Assembly (NCBI GenBank): GCA_964016885.1
Contig: OZ024740.1
Location: 407,588,001-407,652,000, forward strand
Length of the DNA: 64,000 nucleotides
DNA from: Eledone cirrhosa
Lineage: Eukaryota
Reading direction: 5' to 3'
Positions 12,809 through 23,200 of this stretch are shown piece by piece. The notes below the pieces were generated by a model. That model was not told the origin of the DNA. It did no database searches and worked only from the letters and a program-made list of their open reading frames with translations. The translations under genes were made by a program, and so were the position numbers. Numbering within the stretch: position 1 is the first letter of the stretch; every line of letters begins with the position of its first letter.

Positions 12809-12852
12809 TATCACTGATGATGTTGCAGATGTGCAACGAAAGAACTTTAATA
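12809..12852 (+). ncRNA. Second hammerhead motif copy (one stem I mismatch)
   Basis: TATCA-CTGATGA-T-GTTGCA-GATG-TGCAAC-GAAA-G-AA-CTT-TAATA. Confidence 0.6.
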
Positions 12853-12855
12853 GGC

Positions 12856-12892
<37 letters not shown>

Positions 12893-13196
12893 TTATATCT
12901 GTATTTTTAACTGCTGGTCAATCAATGATAAACATTGATTGCCAAATAAATTAACTATGGAGATATAAAAGATACAGAAGCGAAAATCAACCAAACAGTG
13001 AGTGTGTTCTGTTATTATTTCTTGCAATATTACAACAATATCACCCTCCCCAAGTATAACAATATATATTAACTGGAATCTCACTAACATAGAGATATTC
13101 AGTTTTTTATTAAGTTCGTATCTAAGCCAAGCTATATAACAAAGCATTAGTTCAGAGTTATTGTTGCACTTGCCTTTTCAAAAAAACAATACTTAC

Positions 13197-13259
13197 AACA
13201 GACCGTTTGAATGCTAAATTCATTGCTGATTGATCTTTGATGATAGTAAAAGTCTCTGA
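13197..13259 (-). CDS. Candidate further Slo2 exon in the variable C-terminal region (SETFTIIKDQSAMNLAFKRSV)
   Basis: 63 nt, phase 0-0 and open, long polypyrimidine tract plus AAG, GTAAGT donor; no recognisable homology. Confidence 0.5.
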
Positions 13260-13429
13260 CTTGCAAAGGTAATAATAAAAAAGGAAAATAAAACATCAAC
13301 TGATTGTAGGTAGTTGACAGTAGAAAAAGTCATAGAACAATTGTGATTTTACAACAAAGCTATTATTTTGCTAGGGGTGAATTGCTTGAAAAGGTGGTCT
13401 ATCAGGGATTGTTTTTTTTCATATATATA

Positions 13430-14468
13430 TCATCATCATGATCATCGATTAACGTCCATCTTCCATGCTAGCATGGGTTAGACGGATTTGCCCACTTGAG
13501 GCAAGATTGGTCGAGTGACCATGTCTCGCTTGTATAGAATTGTTTCTGGTTGGATGCCCTTCTTAATGCCAGCCACATATACTGTGTGGACTGGGAGCCT
13601 TTTTACTGTGTTTCCTAGATGTTCTGTGGTACCATCATAACTTTGCAGAGAAAGGGTGGTGTGGGCGGAAGTGGAATGGAGTAGGGGGTGTGGGTTGGAG
13701 TGTATATTGGGTTAAGCGGTCCCTACTGACAGTAGGTTTAAGTTCGTACGTAAGGGAAGGCGAGTCTTCTGTATTACTGCATCGCGCCAAAGATCTCAAT
13801 CCAGTGATATTGTCTTAGAGAGGTGTAAGTGTGCAAGGTCAGTTTTTATCACCTTGTCCCATGTTTTTCTGGGTCTACCAACTCTGTAGCTTCCATCAAT
13901 TTTGATCACCCTGCACTTTTTTTTATACAGCTTCATAAACATCACATGACCATACCAATGTAATCTCCTTTCAAGTAAACAGCATCTGATCCCTCTTATT
14001 CCTAATTTCTCACTTAGTTCATTTACGTTTTGCCGTTTGTGTATATTAATATTACTATCCAACGGAGCATGCATGCTTCATTCCTTTCCAGTCTACGCAG
14101 GTCCTCTGCACGTAATGCCCATGTCTCACTGCCATGTAGCATTGCTGTTTGTATACAGGCATCATACAATCTGCATTTCATTTTTAGAGAGAAACCTTTT
14201 GTGGCCAACAGCGGTATTAGTTCTCTGAACTTTTTCCATTCCATTCTAACTCTGGCTACTGTACTTTCAGAACACCCTCCTCCACTGCTGATTTTGTCAC
14301 CCAGGTAACGGAAAGTATTCACTATTTCTATAAAACTATCTGGGCAGCTGAAGGAGCTAGTATCCAGTGGGCACTTGCTACTTAATGCACCTGAGCATCG
14401 GCCACATATAAAATCTACAATCTTAGAGCGCTTGCCTGTGATCCTGCTACATCTTTTATGTACTCACA
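13430..14468 (-). mobile_element. 5'-truncated RTE LINE, same family as the 40-kb element
   Basis: [23 protein letters not shown]..., [17 protein letters not shown]; 3' UTR and (TGA)n tail. Confidence 0.94.
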
Positions 14469-15599
14469 CACACATATATATATATCATCATTTGATGTTT
14501 GCTTTCTTTGCTATATATACATACACATAGATATATACATATGATATGTATATACAGATGTGCCTAGTGCATAGGTATTATGTTCAGAATGCATACATAA
14601 TTGTGGTGTTTCACATAAGAATCGGGATCAAATATTAATGTTTGTCTTACAAAAATATGCAGTACAATTCAATACACCATGATATATAATTTGAACAGAT
14701 TATAAGTTTAAGTTCAGGATCTCTGCTTATATCCTTTCAAGGGATCTTCAGAAACTGAGATGTTTTAATATCTGTTGATGCAGATATAAACATTTCAAAA
14801 TATTACTGGCAAATGTCATAATAAAACTCAGAAACACATAATAGATGAATGAGAGAATATGAGGTAGAACTTCCGCTGCAACCAATGAGATAGATTAGAT
14901 AGAATGAATTTTACATAATTTGAAGAGGTGAAAGAAAAAGACTAACATGTAAATATTAATAAGCTAACTGTCTATATAGTTTATAAAGTAAACCTAATAA
15001 TTGAATAAATTAATAGTTATACGACGCATAAAATAATAATAGTTGTAGTAATAAATAAACGTAAAAATTATGATCAAACTCAATAAAATAAAATGAGGAA
15101 ATACTAATTGTAGTACATTACTCATATATTATCATATCTATGATTCAGATATACTTACTGATTAGTGACATTAGACTATGAGCAAGATACAAACAGAAAA
15201 CTAAGATGATCTGGAGAAGAAACATATGGAAGTTTAAAGAGCCATCTATAGCAAGTAGTTTAGATATATAATAGGAACAAGAGGAGTTAGAAACATATAA
15301 CAGAGAGGACAATTTGGGAATTTTTACAAAATCTGTAGATAGGGGAAGGTACTGACCAAATGAAGAGTGAAACTCGTGGAACAGTGCAGAACATAGGGCC
15401 ATAACAACTAAGAGGCTTAGGAGGTCTGGAAGATGGAGGGTAGCAACAAAAAAAAAGTAGATAGAAGAGAGGTTAAGTGTCAGCTTTATCTAGAAAGAGG
15501 GGAGGCAAAAAGTAAGAGGTTTACAATGTTCTGCAATGTAAAGTTTTTCGAATTGCAAGCCAGTGTACAAGAGAGAACTAAGATATTGTGGTAGAAATG

Positions 15600-15810
15600 T
15601 ATCTTAAATTTATTGATGGTGGTAAACTTAAACTTACTGATGAGAAAAAGAAAGCATAGAAGTGTTACTTCAGGTGGTTGTGGAATGAGGAGAATGCATG
15701 GGAGAATGAGGGAAAATCCCCCCCCCCCCCAATTGAGGAATCAGCCATCAAAGCTGATAGCTATATGGTAGCTAAGACAATTATAGAAATGAAGGTAGAA
15801 AAGGCAGCTG
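15600..15810 (+). mobile_element. Old RTE internal fragment
   Basis: Similar to about 41690-41895 (AATGAGGAGAATGCATGGGAGAA...ATGAAG..AAGGCAGCTG). Confidence 0.6.
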
Positions 15811-16009
15811 TAAAATGCCGGTGGTGCCCCCCAAAACATACACAATATAACATGTAAGGTGATTGATATTAGGAAGGGCATCCAACCATAGAATCCAAGC
15901 CAAATATGGAATGTATGAGCAGAACTCCGATGGCAGAGCTCAAGCCGTTTAGACAGCTATTTCTGGACTCAGCCCAGAAATAGCTGTCGAAACATAATTG
16001 GTTAAAAAA

Positions 16010-16530
16010 TGTATTGATGTAGTTCACTAGCTTATTAGGCTTTCTATATGGATAGATTTAAGGTCACATCTACTACTATCAAATGGTTAAGACTTTAAAA
16101 AATGTTATCAGCTCGTTCTTGAACTTATCTATTGCTCAGTGGCTGCATATGATCATAGCCAACAAACAATCATCACGATACAGTTCACTTCTTACATTAT
16201 GGAATTCTTCTTTAACCCTTTAGTATTTAAACCGGCCATATCCGGCCAGAATTCTCTCACCCCTTTCAGTTCAAACTTGCCATAACTGGTCACTCATACT
16301 GATATTATAGTATTGTTCTCAAAATAAATAATATCAAAATCTCATAAATTCGATATTATGTGAGATAATTATGTGAGGTAAGGCCTTTACCGGGAAAATA
16401 AAATAGTAAATATAGAGTAATGTAAATACTAAAGGGTTAATAGAAAGGAATATTAGGAAACCATTAAGGTCTGTGACCTCCAGTGAATCACTTACCCCCA
16501 TGCTCACATCTGTGAGAGTACTATTAGATT
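16010..16530 (-). mobile_element. Penelope-like element RT remnant interrupted by a MITE
   Basis: With the MITE removed: DVSMGVSDSLEVTDLNGFLIFLSIKEEFHNVRSELYRDDCLLA, then DVTLNL and PYRKPNKLVNYIN (PLE RT motifs). Confidence 0.75.
16216..16436 (+). mobile_element. piggyBac-type MITE
   Basis: TTAA TSDs; TIR CCCTTTAGTATTTA / TAAATACTAAAGGG. Confidence 0.9.
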
Positions 16531-16649
16531 TCTTTTATTCAAATAGAATTATCAAAATTTATCACAGATTCCTAAGCATTAAATATAACATCAACTTTGA
16601 GATCCTTAATCTCCATTATAATCCTGGAATAATTAATAGTTCTAAATGA

Positions 16650-16862
16650 TGGTTTCTGATTTAGGCACAAGGTCAGCAATTTTTGGTAAAGGGGAAGTTG
16701 ATTAAATCGACCTCAGTGTATTACTGGTACTTTATCAACCAAGTAAGGCTGAAAGGCAAAGCTAAACTCAGCAGGATTTGAACTCGGAACATAAAGAGTC
16801 ATAACTCTATGTCACAAAGCATGTTGTCCGATGCTCTATTGATATGGCCAATCCACCACCCT
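16650..16862 (-). mobile_element. Meta-type tRNA SINE, full length, diverged
   Basis: Same head, B box and central domain as 2934-3106. Confidence 0.8.
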
Positions 16863-17096
16863 AAATAATAATAGTTGTTCATGTCAAATTAAATAATTCA
16901 ATTTTGTTCCTTGGAATGATCTACTGTTGTTAAATACGTGATATATCAATATAACTCATAATTATATATGCAATATTATTAAGAATCCATGCAGCCGATA
17001 TTGCAAATGAATTAAGGAGGAGAAATAAGCTTAAAACTTCAAAGAATTAGAGATAAAAATGGTTAATGTTTTGATTTATAATGGTAAGATACTTAC

Positions 17097-17228
17097 TGAA
17101 TTTGTGTCAGATCCATCAAGTTGTTGAGTTCGATAAATTCCAATAGGAATCTCACAAGTTGTTGAGCAAAGTTTCTGGTACAGTCGTCCATATGTTCTTA
17201 TCCATAAATCATCTTTAGCTATCTTCAT
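17097..17228 (-). CDS. Slo2: Slo2 exon ([44 protein letters not shown])
   Basis: 132 nt, TAG/GTAAGT. Confidence 0.96.
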
Positions 17229-20200
17229 CTAAAAAGACCCAAAATTAAAGCAATATGATTATGTTGCAAATGAAACACACTGTATGTTATTACATTTTCT
17301 TACTGCTTAGCTGGATTATTAGCTATGATTTCTTAACTATTTTATATCTATTTTATATCTAATTTAGATATTTACTGATTCACCTTCCCTGCTGAACCCT
17401 TGCACCCCCAACACTCTCTCAACCCAGTAAAGCCTAACATACCTCCAAAATGTTGGACGCCATCCATTAAACCATATTCCCCAAGCAATATATAAATTTC
17501 TCCTTTTAGGCCACCAGTTATGAAATGTCAGCACGACTATGTACAGTGAGCACCCAAATAACGTAATGAAATAGAGCTGATGCCACTACAGAAGCATCCA
17601 GTTCACTCTGTGAGGGGGTAGCACTGGAGCCACAACAAAAAGCACCCAGTGCATCCAGTAAGGTGTTACTCTCGGATTCATGATAAAATACTCTCAGTAC
17701 ACTCTGTTAAGTGGTTGGCATTAGGAAGGGCATCCAGCTGTAGAAACCAAGCCAAAACAAAGTGTATGAGAAGAAGAAGAAGGAGAAGGAGAAGGAGGAG
17801 AAGAAGAAGAAGAAGAAGAAGAAGAAGAAGAAGAAGAAGAAGAAGAAGAAGAAGAAGAAGAAGAAGAAGAAGAAGAAGAAGAAGAAGAAGAATTTTGGTG
17901 AAAACACATGCATGGAATTCAATATTTAGACTATTGTAGTGATAGAATTAAAATAAAAAATTGAGGTGAAGTATATACATAAAAATCAAACTTTTCATAC
18001 ATTAGTCTTCCAAAAGAGTCAAACTATACTTACACAAGATAAGTGACCAGATCCTACAGCTTGGTCAATACCAAGTAGTAGACGGACAAATGTTATTAAA
18101 TAATCTTTTACAAATGCCTGTTAGAAAAGATGAAAATATGATAGGTTACAATTTATTTATAAAAATTAATTTAACATGTAATTGTATTTCATTAGTATTA
18201 ATTGGTATAAATAATCTACTTTATTTAGAATGGATGCTGCATGGTGAAATGGCTAAGAAATATGCTGCTTAATTGTTAGGGCTGGGTTGGTTTGGTTTTA
18301 TTGTGTAGTATATTGTGTGAGTGTGTGTGACAGCTCACACCTATGCAGGGTTAGCTGGCCTCCTCCAAGGTATATCTCGTTGGAGGTGTCTTGGGTGATT
18401 TAACGATAGGGACCCCAGTCTTATCATCTCATTTCTACAGCTGAGTAAATTGGAGCAACATGAAATAAAGTGTCTTGCTCAAGGAAACAACACATCACCC
18501 GATCCGAGAATTGAACTCACAACCTTTCGATTGCAAGCCCAATGCTCTAACCACTAAGCCATGTGTAGAATATTGGACAAGATTTATAAGTAAAATTGGG
18601 TAGATGAAAACTGTTCAGAAGCCTGCCTGTTTTTTTATTGTACCTCTTATTCTAAGGGCTAGCCTTGTCACATACTGTCATGCTGCATTTCCTTAAGTAT
18701 CTTGTAAAGAGTACAGCTGTTAGTGGAATACTCAGCCATTTATATAATCATTTTAGGAGTAGTGCGTTCCATTGACCAAACAACTGGAACACTCATTGTC
18801 AAAACCAGTTGAGATCAATTTATATTTTTTATTTAACTTAGCTCAAAACGGTGAAATTTTTTTCTCAAATTTAGTTTCGAGAACAAAACTTTAGCCATCA
18901 TAAATAATCAATACTAGCTTATTACGTTCCCCTAATCATATCATGGTCAACTTTGATTTTACATCAAACTTATATTTATTCAACAATTTTAATTCATATT
19001 AGTTCCTCTCAATTCTAATTCCTATTCCAATAACTTATAAAGACACTGCATAACTTCATTCAACTAATTTAATGTTGAATGCCTTGATAGTAAATATGTT
19101 TGCACTTGATCCTCACTCTTCACAATCCACAAAACACAGCACAAAATACTCTGTGCAAACCTTTATACACAGAACTGCAATCCTCTGGAACTTACTCCCT
19201 GCCCACATTTCCTGATAAAATTTCAAGCTGAACCACAACTGTAATAGCCTAGTGAATTTAAATTGATCTTCAAAATACAAGAGCACTTCTCTCCTCTCTG
19301 GACTAAACTCTAAAATGTATACATGAGAGGCAATATTTTATTTGGTGCACTTTTTAATTTGTAACACTAAACTAGTATTCATAATCCATTATTCTATAAA
19401 TAGTCCACTATAAGTTGTACAGGTGCTGTTCAAAGAATGTCTCCTGTGATTATCCACCAAAATTAACTGACAATATTTATCATATATTAAAGCTATTATA
19501 CACACCAAAATGTGCCTAATAGCTTTAATATATGTATATAGCCTACTTTCTTATTAAGAATATATCTTCCAAGTTTCACTTTGTATCTTTCCTTCTTCAA
19601 CTCGAAAGACTAACCAAAATCACAAATTTAAAAGACAACAGATTTGTTCTATTCATTATAATTCTTTTCCTATGTGCTGTATTTCTATATTTGAGTTAAT
19701 CAAATAAGACCAACTCGATGATGGTATAAAAGGCTTTTTAAAATATAATTATGATACAATTTTATTTTACATATCAAAACATTATATAGAATATTTATAC
19801 ACTGTTCTAAAGAAGTTGAGTTAAACAGAAAATACACGTTTTATCTTAAAAGAAAACAATAAATAAGAGAACATATATTCACCTGATATAATAAAGTGTC
19901 CAGCATACTTGCACTAAAGACATTGCCAGCTGCAAATGGTAATCTGAACATGTAGTACATATGGGATCCTTTCTCTTTCTCTTTCTTTAAAAGAATAAAA
20001 AATTGTTTTCTTTATTCATTTAAAAATTATTTTAATTGTCTGGAAAAAACAGGGGAAGCTAACAAATTTGTCAGCAATACTTTGTATATTCATAGGAAAA
20101 CAGCAGCATTTTTACTAAAAAAAGAAGACAGATGTGGAAAATCATGCAACATATGTACTGAAACTTGCTCAGGGCTTGAAATGTACATCTTCTACTAATA

Positions 20201-23200
20201 CATGCATGTATGCACATACATACACACTCACAGACAAATGACTGGGTGTGTGGAGTGAAATGTCACTAATAAGTCTTATAAACATTATCATTGTAAACAT
20301 ATATTTTGATGATGTCTTATATGAAAACATAAACAACTTTCACATGTGCAAAGCATAAATACACAGTTCCCTATTGGCTGGGTGTTATCTTCATGCCCAT
20401 TAAATGCTACAATCAATCAGAAGTAGCAATTTAAAAACACAAATTAATCTGTTTATTCTAGTAATAGATTAGAAACACATTACTAAGTGATCTATGGTGC
20501 CAGGACTTTGCTAGATTATATTGGCAATGATTGGTATTATTTCGGCTAAATGTTTATTTTTTTAATTATATTTCTATGCAAAAGAAGACACAAATGAAGT
20601 TTCAAACAGTATTTATGAAATACAAAATGTGACATATACACAAGAATAAAGCTAAAATATTATAAAGACTAATCTACTGCAACTAATATTTCACTATATG
20701 CATCATCATCATCAACGGATGTTAAATGATGATGAATATAAATGATATATACTGAAAAGGTTGTATCAAATTAAAATCTATTAGAATAATAAAAAAAATT
20801 TTACTTTCAGAAAGTTTAGAGGAAACTCATGAAAATGATTCTTGTAAATATCTACTGCAGATGGACATAATATATACAGATTATTGCAGCAACTGTTGCT
20901 GATCTACTTTATCTCAAACCCTAACCCTAACATATTGTATTCTTTAACTTATGAATAACTAGGCACAGGATTACCTGTCTGGTTAAAACATTCACTTTGA
21001 AACCACAGAGTTAAAACTGTGCATGAGCATTACCTTAAGTATTTTCTATTATAACCTCAAATTGAACAAGACTTTCTGAGTGGAATTTAGTTGATGGAAA
21101 CTGCATGGAAGTCTGTTGTATGTGTCTTAGTATTCTTCTATTCCTATCCTTATTATTGGGGGTCGGCGACCATGCACAATTGCATGTATGTGTATATAAA
21201 TATCCATGTACACATGTATATATGTGTATATCATTTGGCAAAAGATGTAAAACATCAGAGAGAAAACCAATAAACCAGAACTTTCAAACAAATTCCTTGT
21301 GGTATGTATTCTGCCTGAGTCATAGAATATATAAGACTCCCCATCAAAAAAACTGTGAACCACTGATTGTCTCATTGGAAGCCACCAACTAACGATGCTA
21401 TTGTCCACAAAAGACGATATAAAATGTGAAAATCAAGCATTTGGGAAATATGAACACAATAGCAAAATATTATAGTATTCTTTTAACTGTAGTTCTTAAC
21501 TCCAAAGGCAGGTGTTGAAAATAGGATACATTACTTATCATGGTGGATTGGCAGTATCGGTAGAGGGTTGGATGCCATGCTTTGATGCATAGAGTTACAG
21601 CCCTTGCCATTCTGAGTTCAAATCCTGCTGAGGTTAACTTTGCCTTTCATCCTTACGGGATCGATAAAATAAAGTACCAGTAATGCACTGGGATAATTGC
21701 TGGCCTTGTGCCAAAAGTAGAAACAATTATTGTTATTGACACTATTATTATTATTTATTATTTATTGTTCCTGGATGACTGAAAGGCAAAATTGGCTTTG
21801 GCAGATTTGGGATTTAGAGTTATGAGATACCAAGTAATGTAATGCTTTGAATTATCTGAAAGGGTTGCAATGATAAAACCTTTTACTTTTGAAATATTTG
21901 AGAAAATGTAAAATGTACACAAATAATAAGATGTAGGCATAATAGCTATAATACATCATTTGCTGCAAGCAAATATTTATTTACCCAAAGAAAATTACAA
22001 AAAGTGACACAAGATTATTGATTTGTGAAAATGAGCTGTGCTTGTAGAAGGATGGGAAAAACTAATCTAGTGTATTCTTGTTTCAGATATTTCAACTGCC
22101 CTGTCAATAATTAAGTAACATAATTCCAAAATTTCTCTGCCCCACATCATGTTTCATAAAGAAAAAGAATTGATATAATCTTGGAAAATAACATGACAAG
22201 AACTTTCATCATTCTTGTACCTTGCTGTAGACTTAGTTTAGGAAAGATACTTACTTTTTCAGTTTTGGAAACTTGGAATGAATAAGAATCTTTTGCTCGG
22301 AATTGCATAAACCTCATATTGGATGACTGTGATAATTCTGTGATGATATTAGCACTAGGAAATAATCTGTAAAGTGGAAAAAAATCAGGTGTTTTATATT
22401 TTAAAATAGATAAATTTATAGAAGTGGTGACTTGCAAAATTATTCATAATTTAATGAAATCAGTGTTCAAGTAGAATACATTTTATATTATCAATAATTT
22501 GTGTTATTACCATCACCATTATTTTTATGGCTGATTTTCGATGCTGAGTTGAATGAGACTTTTGAAAGAGAATTATATGGCTGGATTTCCTACTTGACAC
22601 TAACCCCGATTTGTTTTTTAAGTAAGGTATAGATCTTTGTATGTCTAGCTGCTGAGTTGTGGGACAAAAACAAATATCATCACCTGTGCTAGTGACATGA
22701 AATGTGAAGAGAAGAAACAGAGATAAACAAATGCACAGACACACACATATACAAATAATGGTCTTTATAAAGTTTCTGTTTACCAAATTCATTCACAAGA
22801 CATCTTTTTGGATTGAAGTGGAAACCCCATGATTGCAAAGCAAACTTCTTTACCATACAGCCATGCCTCATTGATTTCTCTCTCAGATCACATGACCACT
22901 CAATCACTAGGTATTGTGTTGCTGCACTAAGAGGGATGTATTTGTGCACTTTGGACAACAGATATATTTACGATTTTAACAATGAAATAACTTTTTAAAT
23001 TTTTGGCAAAGATGGCCATAAAATCACTCGGTATGCAAATGAGGCTAATTAGCCGATGTATACATTTGAGACTACTATGTATTCTGAGCAGTTCAGTGGG
23101 TAGCAATGAGCAGTATAAACAATCTTGACAAGGCGCACTCTGAAACAATTTTCAATTGTCAAATGTTTTTTCTCATCTACCACTGGAACAAAAGGATGAC

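Larger units (their letters stand above)
12218..13065. repeat. Large inverted repeat (arms about 270-300 bp, spacer about 270 bp), probably Penelope-like element termini
   Basis: 12218-12490 is a close reverse complement of about 12758-13065; the ORF track shows the same peptide on both strands. Confidence 0.93.

Noticed and set aside
17649-17939. Poly-Arg/Phe/Ser ORFs
   Set aside because: Translations of the (GAA)n microsatellite
22221-22254. Alternative downstream donor CAAG|GTACAA
   Set aside because: Adds 34 nt (frameshift) and is weaker than the GTAAGT site
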